Shown: positions 41,092-50,454 of the stretch, one piece after another | Numbering within the stretch: the first letter of the stretch is position 1 | How the letters are laid out: each line of letters begins with the position of its first letter | Assembly (NCBI GenBank): GCA_963765675.1 | Contig: CAVXXK010000001.1 | Span: 1,312,001 to 1,376,000, forward strand | DNA length: 64,000 nucleotides | Reading direction: 5' to 3' | Origin: an uncultured delta proteobacterium | GTDB lineage: Bacteria; Desulfobacterota; Binatia; Binatales; Binataceae | Notes under the pieces: model-generated | What the model saw: the letters and a program-made list of their open reading frames with translations, nothing else | Databases searched by the model: none | What the model was told of the DNA's origin: nothing | Translations under genes and position numbers: made by a program

Positions 41092-41610
41092 ATGAAGATG
41101 AAATTGCACAAATCATTCAGCTCGGCAGTGATTGCCGCGGCGATTCTCGCGCTCGGTGCTCCGACGCTAGCCTCCGACACCTCGACCGCGGTGCAGGCGC
41201 AAAATGTTCAGGCGAAAATCGCGCTCGCGAGCGCAAAGGTCGCGGCCGGGCACGACGTCGGCGTGACCGTCGATATCGCGATCGAGCCCGGATGGCACAT
41301 CTATGGAAATCCGGTGCCCGAGGATTTCGTCGCGACCAGTGTCACGTTCGACAGCCCCGTGATCGCGAAGCAGCAAATAAAGTTTCCGCCGCCGACCCCC
41401 GTTTCATTCAAGGGACTGGGCGAGACGCTGCCGGTCTATGAAAAGTCGGTGCGCGCGGCCGGGACCGTGCTGATCGATCCGAAGTCAAAACCGGGCGATT
41501 ATCAAATCGCGGGCACGTTCAAGTTCCAGGAATGCAACGATAACATCTGCAAGATTCCGCAGGCTGTGAAGTTCGAGATTCCCGTGACCGTAGAGGCCGC
41601 GGCGAAATAA
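41092..41610 (+). CDS. Secreted DsbD N-terminal (alpha) domain protein
   Basis: Signal peptide, PGWHIY, QECNDNIC. Confidence 0.85.
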   Translation: MKMKLHKSFSSAVIAAAILALGAPTLASDTSTAVQAQNVQAKIALASAKVAAGHDVGVTVDIAIEPGWHIYGNPVPEDFVATSVTFDSPVIAKQQIKFPPPTPVSFKGLGETLPVYEKSVRAAGTVLIDPKSKPGDYQIAGTFKFQECNDNICKIPQAVKFEIPVTVEAAAK

Positions 41611-41615
41611 TCAGA

Positions 41616-42095
41616 GCGGCCACCAAGACACTAAGACACGAAAGAAGCGGCGCTCGCGTATTGCGAGTGCCGCTTTCATCAGGCAGTCGATTTCGTTTCT
41701 GTCATTCCCGCGCGTGGCTGCCGCGCGAGGAATCCCGTGCTTGGCCTCTACGCGACTCGCGGATGAGTGCACGGACGCCTCGGGGATTTCTCGCCTATGG
41801 CTCGAAATGACGGTTGGGGGCTTGGCTAACGATATGCTGCTCATGCGCCACGCCCACGTACTCCTGCGCCAAATCGACATCCGTCATTTCGACCGAAGGG
41901 AGAAATCCCGAGCGCTCATGCACTCACATTCGAGTTGTGTAAAGGTCGCGGGCCGAGCACGGGATTCCTCGCGCGCGGCGGCCACGCGCGCGGGAATGAC
42001 ACCCAGTCGTGCATGCGGAGATTCAGCAGTGCACAAAAAGAAGCGGCGCTCGAGTGTTGCGAGTGCCGCTTTCGTCAGGCAGTCGATTTCGTTTC
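41616..42095. mobile_element. Nested composite of REP/MITE-like palindromes flanked by 59-bp direct repeats
   Basis: Direct repeats 41641-41699 and 42037-42095; outer inverted repeats 41700-41746 and 41951-42001; inner inverted repeats about 41763-41813 and 41881-41926; half GCCACCAAGACAC unit at 41616. Confidence 0.7.
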
Positions 42096-42097
42096 AG

Positions 42098-43294
42098 CTA
42101 AATTCCGTACACCTTGGCTACGCTCTCGCCGAGGATTGCGCGGCGGCCGGATTCCGTCATCGGGGCGACGAGGCCTTTTAGCTCCTCCAGATAGTTTCCC
42201 GGATGGTCGGGATGCGGATAGTCACTGGCCCAGAAGAATTTATCCTCGCCGACGATCTGCATCATCCCGGCTATCGTGCGTTCGTCGGGGTCGGCGGAAA
42301 TCCAGCATTGGCGTTTGAAATAGTACGAGGGCTTTTCTTTGAGCCGCACGGTCAGACCGAGAGTGGTGCCGGAGAAAATCGCGTCGCCGCGATCGAGGAA
42401 GTAGCCAATCCATCCGGCCTGCGATTCCAGCACGATCAGCTTGAGCTTCGGAAAGCGATCGAAAACTCCGAGCTGAAAAATCGTGCCGAACGCATGCTGC
42501 ACGCCCTGGCCCGCGAACAGATCGTAGTACCACGCGGCCCAGGCGAAGTTGTCGTAGCGGCGATGGATTCCAAACGACATCGGCTCGAAGGTCGGATGAA
42601 TCGCGAGCGGCACGCCGAGATCCTGCGCGGCCGCGAACACCGGATCGTGCGCCGGGTCGCCGTGGGGGACGCGCGTGATCGTAAACGGGCACACGAACGC
42701 GCCTTTGCATCCGTCTTTCACCGAGCGTTCGAGCTCGCGCGCCGCCGCCGCCGGATCGCCGAGCGACAGATGCGCGATCGGAATCAGCCTGCCGCCCGAG
42801 TCGCGGCAGAAATCCGCGATCCATCGGTTGTATGCGCGGCAGTATGCGTCCGAAAGTTCCGCGTCGAACAGCTCGGCCTCCCAGAGCAGTCCGATCGTCG
42901 GATAGAGGATCGATTTCGCCATTCCCTCCCGGTCGAGAAGTTGAAGGCGCTCCTTCATGTCCATCGTGCCGAAGGCTGCGCCCTTCAGATAAGTGTCCTC
43001 GGGCTTGGGCTGTATCGCGCGCAGGTCTTCGGGACGCAACCGCTCCCCGCGAGTCGAGGCTTCGCGCATGCGGTTGGTTTCCTCGACGCGTTTGCCCATC
43101 CCACCGAGCGAGCCGAGCAGGCCGGGCCGCGTCATCTCGGCGCGCTTGCGATCGATCTCGAGATACTCGAAGCCGTCGTCGCCGACGCGGATGCGCATCG
43201 CGCGGTCGCGATATTTCGGGTCGATATATTTTTCCCACAGGTCGGGCGGCTCGAGAATATGGCCGTCGCAATCGATTACCAGTGCTTCGCTCAT
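42098..43294 (-). CDS. Amidohydrolase family protein
   Basis: IDCDGH, AYNRW, WASDYPH. Confidence 0.92.
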   Translation of the reverse strand: MSEALVIDCDGHILEPPDLWEKYIDPKYRDRAMRIRVGDDGFEYLEIDRKRAEMTRPGLLGSLGGMGKRVEETNRMREASTRGERLRPEDLRAIQPKPEDTYLKGAAFGTMDMKERLQLLDREGMAKSILYPTIGLLWEAELFDAELSDAYCRAYNRWIADFCRDSGGRLIPIAHLSLGDPAAAARELERSVKDGCKGAFVCPFTITRVPHGDPAHDPVFAAAQDLGVPLAIHPTFEPMSFGIHRRYDNFAWAAWYYDLFAGQGVQHAFGTIFQLGVFDRFPKLKLIVLESQAGWIGYFLDRGDAIFSGTTLGLTVRLKEKPSYYFKRQCWISADPDERTIAGMMQIVGEDKFFWASDYPHPDHPGNYLEELKGLVAPMTESGRRAILGESVAKVYGI

Positions 43295-43310
43295 AGCCAG
43301 TTCTCCGTCG

Positions 43311-44237
43311 TCACAGAATTGCGATTGGATTTATCGGCGAGGCGGTTCCACGCTCGAGGATCAACGGGCCCATCGTGAACAGGAACTCGTAACGTCCGGC
43401 CTTTGCGCAGGCGGCTGCCAGCGCGTCGAAATCGGCATTGTCGATCAGATGCACCCCCATCGCGACCAGCGTGCCGACGTGGATCGGCAGCGGCACACCC
43501 TCGTAGCCGCTGGGCACGACGTCGCTTACGCTGTCGGAGCCGAGCACCGCGATCTTGCGCTTGTGCAGCCACTCGAGGCAGGTCGCGTCGAGGCCCGGCA
43601 GTCCGACGCGATTCGGATCCCATCCGCCCTTGGCCTTGCGGCGCGCGGCGCGGCCGGTGCGGATCAGCAGGACGTCGCCTTCCTCGACGCGGACGCGATG
43701 TTCTTTTTCGGCGGCGTCGAGATCTTCGGGAAAGATCCGGTCGCCGGGTTCCATCCAGTCGATCTTTTTGATTTTCGGAATATCGAGCAGGACACCGCGG
43801 CTGATAATTCCTTCGCGCGCTACCGTGATCGCGCATTTCTTCGCGCCGTGAGAGCCGACCTCGCCGGCGCCGAAGCCGTTGTACATCTTTTTCTGCCAGA
43901 AGACATGGCACAGCGCGTCGATATGAGTATTGGCCATCCCGTGCGGCGCGATCGCAAAGTAATCGCCGGCGTACGGGAGCGGCATCTCGTGCGAATCGAG
44001 GCCGGCCTGCACCATCAGATGGGTGACCGGGGTTGGATTGTCGGCGGCGGGGATGGTCGCGAGAGGCAGCGCGAGCGAGATCGCCTGTCCGGACTTGACC
44101 AACTGGGCGGCGCCGGCGCGTTTCGCGTCGGTGATAAAGTTGAGCGCGCCGCGCTCATCGTCATTGCCCCAGCGGCTCCAATTGCTGAACGTTTCGAACA
44201 TCGCGATTACTTCTGCGGGCGTGCTTCGGGTGGCCAT
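43311..44237 (-). CDS. Cyclase family (kynurenine formamidase-like) protein
   Basis: NWSRWGNDDERG, THIDALCH, SRGVLLD, SPINPIA. Confidence 0.9.
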   Translation of the reverse strand: MATRSTPAEVIAMFETFSNWSRWGNDDERGALNFITDAKRAGAAQLVKSGQAISLALPLATIPAADNPTPVTHLMVQAGLDSHEMPLPYAGDYFAIAPHGMANTHIDALCHVFWQKKMYNGFGAGEVGSHGAKKCAITVAREGIISRGVLLDIPKIKKIDWMEPGDRIFPEDLDAAEKEHRVRVEEGDVLLIRTGRAARRKAKGGWDPNRVGLPGLDATCLEWLHKRKIAVLGSDSVSDVVPSGYEGVPLPIHVGTLVAMGVHLIDNADFDALAAACAKAGRYEFLFTMGPLILERGTASPINPIAIL

Positions 44238-44355
44238 GATAGTTTCTCCGGCGTGGGTTCCGTTCGCTCGTCCGTATAGCATACGAGGCAGGATGCGGGG
44301 TAACTGAACGATCGGTATGTTGATGGTGGACGATTGGGGGAATGTGCATGTGTCG

Positions 44356-44431
44356 CCCTCGCCCGCGCGTCACGATGCTTGCGAAAGGAGCGCCAGCCTC
44401 GCGCCGCTTGCCCTCTCCCGGAGGGAGAGGG
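44356..44431 (-). repeat. CCCTCTCCC-GGGAGAGGG element, copy C
   Basis: Reverse complement shares the first 21 bp and TTCGCAAGCATCGTGACGCG with copy A. Confidence 0.75.
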
Positions 44432-44452
44432 TGTATTGGACTAAGGACATAA

Positions 44453-45964
44453 ATGGGTAACCAGTACATCGAGGCGGCTCGGGTTTATCACGAGATTACC
44501 AAGCACTCGTATACCAGCGTGCGATCGTCGGGGACGTATCGGCTGGATTGGGACAATCGCCCCGCACCCTACAAGATTTATCCTGACGCCGGGGCGCTCG
44601 CGTTGCCGCGCGAGTTGGAGCTTTCCGCGATGCCTGCGCTTGCGGCGATCGCTGCCTCGGCAGAGGGAAGTGGCGCGTTGACGCTCGAAGCGCTGACGCG
44701 GTTTCTGTTCTGCACCGGAGGACTGACCCGGTCGAAGCAGGTCGGTGACGAGGATTACCATTTCCGCGCGGCCGCTTCGGCTGGAGCGCTCTATCCGACC
44801 GAGATGTATGTTGCCGCCGGCGAAGTAGGGGGGCTGGAGACGGCGCTGTACCATTTCTCGCCCGCCGATCTGAAACTGCGCGGACTGCGGCGCGGCGACT
44901 GGCGCGCGATGCTGTCGCGAGCAGCGGCAGGTCGCCCGTCGATCGCTCAGGCGCGCGCGGTGATTATCCTGACCTCGATATTTTGGCGCAGTGCGTGGAA
45001 GTATCATGCGCGCGCGTATCGGTACTGCTTCTGGGACGCGGGTACGATGCTCGCAAATCTGCTCGCGGCCGCGAACGCGGAGCAAATCGGCGCGGAGATC
45101 GTCACCGCGTTCGAGGATCCGGAGATCGAATCGCTCCTCGGGCTCGATCCGGATCGCGAAGGCGCCGTCGCTTTGATCGCGCTCGGCGGGGGCGGAGCCG
45201 TAGCGAGCGAGTCGCCCGCGACCGAGCCTTTCCCGTTCGAGTCGATTGCGCTTTCGACGCGCGAGGTCAGCTACGAGCCGATCGTGAAGTTTCATCGCGA
45301 GTCGCGCCTGGTGAGCCGCGCAGAGGTTTCTGAAATCGCCGATGCGACGGTGACTGCGGCCGAGCCTCGGCGCGATCTGATTCGATTTGATGCGGTTGCC
45401 GCCGACGACGCGACTGGACTTGGCGAGACGATCCTTCGCCGCGGCTCGACGCGCCAATTCGCGCAGGTTCCGATCCGCGGCGAGGAGCTGCAGGCGATTC
45501 TCGCGACGGCACGCACGCATCCGCGCGCCGACTTTCCCTCGCTCGTCGATACCTATCTGATCGTCAACGCGGTCGAGGGTCTCGCGCCGGGCGCTTATTT
45601 CTATGACCAGATCGGCGGCGGGTTCGAGCTCATTAAAGCAGGCGAGTTTCGCGGCGAGGCTGGATATCTATGCCTCGAGCAGCCGCTCGGAATGGATTGC
45701 TCCGCCCTGATTGTTTACATGGCGAATTTGGAGCGTGCGCTTGCAGCGCTCGGAAATCGCGGCTACCGCGACGCGCACCTCGAAGCCGGCATCGATGGGG
45801 GTCGCGCGTACCTGGGCGCCTATGCGCTCGGACGCGGCGCTACGGGGCTTACGTTCTACGACGACGACACGACCAAATTCTTTGAATCCCACGCGGCCGG
45901 AAAGAGTCCCATCCTGATGGTCGCGATCGGCGTGCCGCGGAGCCGCGCTGCTGACCAAGCGTGA
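44453..45964 (+). CDS. SagB/ThcOx-family dehydrogenase (tandem nitroreductase domains)
   Basis: RAAASAGALYP, WKYHARAYRY, RRGSTRQF, GLTFYDD. Confidence 0.88.
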   Translation: MGNQYIEAARVYHEITKHSYTSVRSSGTYRLDWDNRPAPYKIYPDAGALALPRELELSAMPALAAIAASAEGSGALTLEALTRFLFCTGGLTRSKQVGDEDYHFRAAASAGALYPTEMYVAAGEVGGLETALYHFSPADLKLRGLRRGDWRAMLSRAAAGRPSIAQARAVIILTSIFWRSAWKYHARAYRYCFWDAGTMLANLLAAANAEQIGAEIVTAFEDPEIESLLGLDPDREGAVALIALGGGGAVASESPATEPFPFESIALSTREVSYEPIVKFHRESRLVSRAEVSEIADATVTAAEPRRDLIRFDAVAADDATGLGETILRRGSTRQFAQVPIRGEELQAILATARTHPRADFPSLVDTYLIVNAVEGLAPGAYFYDQIGGGFELIKAGEFRGEAGYLCLEQPLGMDCSALIVYMANLERALAALGNRGYRDAHLEAGIDGGRAYLGAYALGRGATGLTFYDDDTTKFFESHAAGKSPILMVAIGVPRSRAADQA

Positions 45965-46120
45965 TGCCTGATGACCGTCCGGCGGGCCGATGCCCGTTAA
46001 GCGCGCATAAGATCACGTCACGTCGCGCCCGCCGGCCATTCTGCGGCGGCATCTCTCTTGCGTCTGCCCGATACGTGAGCGAGTGACGCGCCGGGTTGCA
46101 CCGCGCAAAGGACGCACTGG

Positions 46121-46459
46121 ATGAAGAAGGTTGAAGCGATCATCAAGCCGTTTACGATCGACGCGGTGAAGGCGGAACTCGAGCTTGCCGGCGTCACCGG
46201 AATTACCACCTACGAAGTCAGAGGCTTCGGCCGCCAGAAGGGACGCACCGAATTGTACCGCGGCTCGGAGTATATCGTCGATTTCAAGCCAAAGCTGAAA
46301 CTCGAAGTGATCGTGCGTGACGAGCAGACCGACGCGGTCGTCGATGCGATCCAGCGCAAGGCTTGGACCGGCAGAATCGGTGACGGCAAAATCTACGTGT
46401 CGGAAGTGTTCGAAGTAATCCGCATCCGCACCGACGAGCGCGGCAACGTCGCGGTCTGA
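46121..46459 (+). CDS. glnB: P-II nitrogen regulator
   Basis: [33 protein letters not shown]; glnB versus glnK cannot be resolved. Confidence 0.93.
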   Translation: MKKVEAIIKPFTIDAVKAELELAGVTGITTYEVRGFGRQKGRTELYRGSEYIVDFKPKLKLEVIVRDEQTDAVVDAIQRKAWTGRIGDGKIYVSEVFEVIRIRTDERGNVAV

Positions 46460-46632
46460 ATCCTCTCTCCGGCGAAACTCAATCGAACCATTTATCAAAT
46501 CTCGAACCATCGTAGGTCCGAGGCTCCATCAATAATTCCAGATTGATGACTGCGCGGCGGGCGGTTGCTCATCGCGTGAGCATCGCCCGTGCAAAGTGCA
46601 ACAGATTTCTTTGCAAATCGATTGGCAAACGA

Positions 46633-46648
46633 TGGCACTCCTCTTGCC
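46633..46648 (+). promoter_or_regulatory. Sigma54 (-24/-12) promoter
   Basis: TGGCACT-CCTC-TTGCC with exact GG-N10-GC spacing, about 85 bp before the permease ATG. Confidence 0.65.
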
Positions 46649-46731
46649 CTTAGGCCGAAGCGAACCCGCATTGGAATTTGAATCAGACGGGGAGCCGGCT
46701 CGAATCGGCGGGCCAAGCAGAAGGAGGAGAG

Positions 46732-48405
46732 ATGGCAGAGTCAAACGAAGCACCCAAGATGAAGGCGACACTTGGGCTGACCGGGGTGACGGTCAACGCT
46801 ATGGCGCTAATCGCGCCGGGCGCCTTCCTGTGGATAACGTTCGTCCAGCAGGCGGGTTACGCGTTTCCGTCGGGCATGGCGATGTGGTCGGGGATTTTTG
46901 TGGCGTTAATGCTGGCCTATGCGACGGCGGTTTCGTACTCGGAGCTGGCCAAGCTCTACCCGGGCGCGGGTAGCTCGTATCTGTTCGCGGAGCGGGCATT
47001 CCTGAACACGACGCACGCCTACAAGTTCGCACGGATCGCAAAATTCGTGACCGGATGGGCCTCGCATCTGTACTACTGGATGTATCCGGGGGTCATGGTC
47101 GCGACGATGGGAATCATGATCGGATACATCGTCGGCAACATCGCGCCGAACTCGATGAATGCGGGAATTCCGGGGCCCGTCTTCATGGCGCTGATCGCGG
47201 TAATTTTCGCTTTTGCGGTCGCGTGGATAGCCTTCCAGGGCGTCAACGGCTCGACGATGGTTAATATCGCGATCAACGGAATCCAGATCGTCGCGCTGCT
47301 GTTCTTCTCGGCGTTGGCGATCGCCTACCGCATGTCGCATCCTGCCGGCGCTGCGGGCCTTGCGCTCGACGCCAATGGCAACGTCATCCATGCGACGATC
47401 AGCTATGCATTCAGCGGCGACAATCCGGCGCATATGAACGCCCTGTCGGTTATTTTGCCGCATCACTTCTCATGGGTGATGCTGCAGGCGACGGTCGCGA
47501 TTCTGCTGTTGGTCGGCTTTGAGTCGGTGACCTCACTTGGCGAGGAAGCCAAGAACCCGACCAAGGATATTCCGCGCGGCGTCCTGCTCTCGCTGACCAT
47601 CCAGGGACTGTTCTGCTACCTGATCGAATATTTCGCCGCCAACTACTTCATGAGCAGCGCATACAGCCTCGCGGCCGCGAAGGGCTCCGCAGCTCCAATC
47701 GGTGACATGATGACGCTGGTCGGCAACGCGCTACTCGGCGGACACGGACAGGCGTTCATGCTGGTCGAAGCGCTGACCGTGTTCCTTGCGCTGATCGGCA
47801 CGACGCTTAGCTGCATCAATACAGGAGCCCGAGTTACTTATGCGATGGGTCGCGATGAGGAGGTGCCGGAGCATTTCGGATTCCTGCACGGCAAGAACCT
47901 GACCCCGCATCGCGCGATCTGGGCGCTGGCGATGATCTCAGCGGTCCTCGGCGCATACGCGGCGTTGTTCTACTTCGCCGGTGGCTCCGCGCCCGACGAC
48001 AAAACCATCGCGACGCTGCCGCACAACATCTGGTACGCGATCGGGATGAGCTCGAACGCAAGCCTCTCGGCGCTGCCCAACGGGTTGTTGCTGGTGACGC
48101 TGACCTCGAACTTCGGGACCTTCCTGCTCTACGGGCTGACGAACATCATATGTATCGTGGCCTTCCGCGAGCACGAAACTTTCCATGGCTTCAAGCACGT
48201 GGTTATCCCGGTATTCGGCGCGGTCGCGAACTTCTCATGCCTTGCCTTCTACATCATCGGACCCCTGGAAGGCTTGGGCAGCGTGAAGGAGCCGTTAATC
48301 GCGGTCGCGATTTCCGCAATCTGGGGAATCTACGGAGCGATATATTTCGTCCGCAACTCGAAGAAGAAGGGGAAATCAACAATATTGGTCGCCAAGCCGG
48401 CGTAG
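46732..48405 (+). CDS. APC-family permease
   Basis: About 12 TM segments; SYSELAKLYPGAGSSY, GFESVTSLGEEAKNP; AAGGAGG RBS. Confidence 0.9.
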   Translation: MAESNEAPKMKATLGLTGVTVNAMALIAPGAFLWITFVQQAGYAFPSGMAMWSGIFVALMLAYATAVSYSELAKLYPGAGSSYLFAERAFLNTTHAYKFARIAKFVTGWASHLYYWMYPGVMVATMGIMIGYIVGNIAPNSMNAGIPGPVFMALIAVIFAFAVAWIAFQGVNGSTMVNIAINGIQIVALLFFSALAIAYRMSHPAGAAGLALDANGNVIHATISYAFSGDNPAHMNALSVILPHHFSWVMLQATVAILLLVGFESVTSLGEEAKNPTKDIPRGVLLSLTIQGLFCYLIEYFAANYFMSSAYSLAAAKGSAAPIGDMMTLVGNALLGGHGQAFMLVEALTVFLALIGTTLSCINTGARVTYAMGRDEEVPEHFGFLHGKNLTPHRAIWALAMISAVLGAYAALFYFAGGSAPDDKTIATLPHNIWYAIGMSSNASLSALPNGLLLVTLTSNFGTFLLYGLTNIICIVAFREHETFHGFKHVVIPVFGAVANFSCLAFYIIGPLEGLGSVKEPLIAVAISAIWGIYGAIYFVRNSKKKGKSTILVAKPA

Positions 48406-48428
48406 CGAGCCACGCCGGTCGTAACCCC

Positions 48429-48462
48429 GGGGGCGGATGGTGCTTCGGCGCCGTCCGCCCCC
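48429..48462 (+). other. Intercistronic 15-bp stem with a C(UUCG)G tetraloop
   Basis: GGGGGCGGATGGTGC-TTCG-GCGCCGTCCGCCCCC with two G-U pairs and no U tract. Confidence 0.65.
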
Positions 48463-48496
48463 AATCCCATTTGCGAAAGTCGTATAGTATCGGTCC

Positions 48497-49345
48497 GTGA
48501 CTGAAGCCGAGCACAAGCATCCGCCTGCCGACCCCGCGCCCGAGACGGATATTTTTGATCTGGCGCTGCTGTCCGACGTCGGAACCAATCGTCCCGACAA
48601 CGAAGACTCCTGCGGCCATCTGATCGACGCGCCGGACGCCGCGGTCTTCGCGGTCGCCGACGGAATCGGCGGCTATGACGGCGGCGAAGTCGCAAGCTCT
48701 ATGGCGATCGAGCTGACCTTGCAGGCGTGGCGTGAAAGTCCCGCCTCGTGGGGCGCGGCCAAACGCCTGGCGCGCGCCGTGCAGTTCGCCAATATCGAAA
48801 TTCACAATCGTGCGCTCGCGGTGCCGGAGCTCCGCAGGATGGGCACCACGCTGACTGCGGTCGCGATCGACAAGGGGATGCTCGCGGCCGCGCACGTCGG
48901 AGATTGCCGGCTCTATCTCGCGCGCCGACATACGATTTCGCAGCTCACCAAGGATCACACGATGGTCGCGGAGAAGGTTCGGATGGGCCTGCTCACCGCT
49001 GAGCGCGCGCGCAATCATCCAGAGCGCTCGATGCTGGTGCGGAGTATCGGGCAGGAGCTGATCGTTTCGGTCGATCGAATCTCGATACCGCTGGTGCAGG
49101 GCGATCGCCTGATTCTATGCAGCGACGGATTGCACAACGTGCTGCGCGACAGCGAGCTCGAGCACATGACACGCGATCTCGATGCGGCCGCAGCGTGCCG
49201 CAACCTGGTCGAGACCGCGAACCAACGCGGAACGGCCGACAATCTGACCGTCGCGGTGTTCATGATGCTCGCCGATACGGGCCTCGCACCTACCTCACCT
49301 GGATGGCGCGCCAGGCTTGGCCGCCTGTTCGTCAGAGGCGCGTGA
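48497..49345 (+). CDS. PP2C-family Ser/Thr phosphatase
   Basis: RPDNEDS, VADGIGG, HVGDCR, CSDGL, ADNLT. Confidence 0.93.
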   Translation: MTEAEHKHPPADPAPETDIFDLALLSDVGTNRPDNEDSCGHLIDAPDAAVFAVADGIGGYDGGEVASSMAIELTLQAWRESPASWGAAKRLARAVQFANIEIHNRALAVPELRRMGTTLTAVAIDKGMLAAAHVGDCRLYLARRHTISQLTKDHTMVAEKVRMGLLTAERARNHPERSMLVRSIGQELIVSVDRISIPLVQGDRLILCSDGLHNVLRDSELEHMTRDLDAAAACRNLVETANQRGTADNLTVAVFMMLADTGLAPTSPGWRARLGRLFVRGA

Positions 49346-49437
49346 GCGATTGAATCGCAGCGGACGGCGGCTGGTTTGGGACGTCATGGCATGGTAACTT
49401 CCGCGCCCAGACCCTATCTCTGCCAGGCATAGATTCC

Positions 49438-50454
49438 ATGCGCGAGGTCAGCGTCGGCGAAACCCTCGATCAGTACAAGCTTACCGAGGTGATCGCGCGC
49501 AGCGGGATGGCGTCGATCTTCAAAGGGATCGACATTACCAACGGACAGACCGTCGCGATCAAGGTTCCCTATCTTCAGTTCGAAAGCGACGTAATTTTCT
49601 ACAGCCGCTTCCAGCGCGAAGAGGAAGTAGTCCGCCGGCTTGACCATCGCAACGTCATCAAGATCATGACGCCCCGGCACAAAAGCCGGATGTATATCGC
49701 GATGGAGTTCGTGGACGGCACCTCGCTACGCGAGTTGATGCGCAACGAACGGCCGATGGCGACCGCGAAAGCTCTTGGCTACGCGATCCAGATTTGCGAA
49801 GCGCTGGTCTACATGCACGGCGAGAAAGTGGTGCATCGCGATTTGAAGCCGGAAAACATGCTCGTGACCGGCGACGGCACCGTAAAGATCATGGATTTCG
49901 GGATCGCGCTGGATGAATCAGCCCGGCGGCTCACGTGGTCGGGGTTGTCGTCGACCATCGGCACGCCCGACTATATGGCGCCGGAGCAGGTAAGCGGCCG
50001 GCGCGGCGATGCGCGCACGGATATCTACGCGTTGGGCGTGATCTTGTATGAGATGCTGACCGGGAATCTGCCGTTTTCGGGTCCGAATGTTTACAACGTG
50101 ATGCGCGCGAAGACCAACGAGGATCCGCACCCACCGTCCGAGTTCGTAAAGGATTTCGATCCCAAGCTGGAAGATATCATCCTGCACGCGATCGAGACCG
50201 CGCCCAAAAACCGTTACGCGAGCGCCGCCGAGATGCTTGCCGATTTGCGCGATCCGTCGCGGGTGGTTCCGCACGGACGCGCCGCGCATCTGAAGCCGCG
50301 CAGCCTGCGCATGCAGAAATTCCGGCGTACGGCGGGTTTCGTGCTGTTTTTCGCGTCGCTCATCGGATTCTTCGTGTTCCTGATCTGGATCGCCAACCGC
50401 TATCCCGCGTCGCAGGTCGCGCCGCGTAAATCCTTCCGAGGGGAAATGAGATGA
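49438..50454 (+). CDS. Hanks-type Ser/Thr protein kinase with a C-terminal TM anchor
   Basis: VAIK, HRDLKPEN, DFG, GTPDYMAPE; TM segment FVLFFASLIGFFVFLIWI. Confidence 0.94.
   Translation: MREVSVGETLDQYKLTEVIARSGMASIFKGIDITNGQTVAIKVPYLQFESDVIFYSRFQREEEVVRRLDHRNVIKIMTPRHKSRMYIAMEFVDGTSLRELMRNERPMATAKALGYAIQICEALVYMHGEKVVHRDLKPENMLVTGDGTVKIMDFGIALDESARRLTWSGLSSTIGTPDYMAPEQVSGRRGDARTDIYALGVILYEMLTGNLPFSGPNVYNVMRAKTNEDPHPPSEFVKDFDPKLEDIILHAIETAPKNRYASAAEMLADLRDPSRVVPHGRAAHLKPRSLRMQKFRRTAGFVLFFASLIGFFVFLIWIANRYPASQVAPRKSFRGEMR

Noticed and set aside
41714-42181. 155-aa ORF across the repeat composite
   Set aside because: It is a translation of palindromic repeats with no RBS or domain signal.
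10508-44431. CRISPR array
   Set aside because: The repeats are dispersed palindromes, not regularly spaced direct repeats with unique spacers; no cas genes.
44453-45964. RiPP (azole-containing peptide) cluster suggested by the SagB-like gene
   Set aside because: No YcaO, E1-like protein, precursor peptide or exporter nearby; stand-alone tandem SagB proteins are common.
49387-49402. Sigma54 promoter before the kinase (TGGCATGG...), and a similar word near 14813
   Set aside because: No GC at the -12 position with the required 10-nt spacing.
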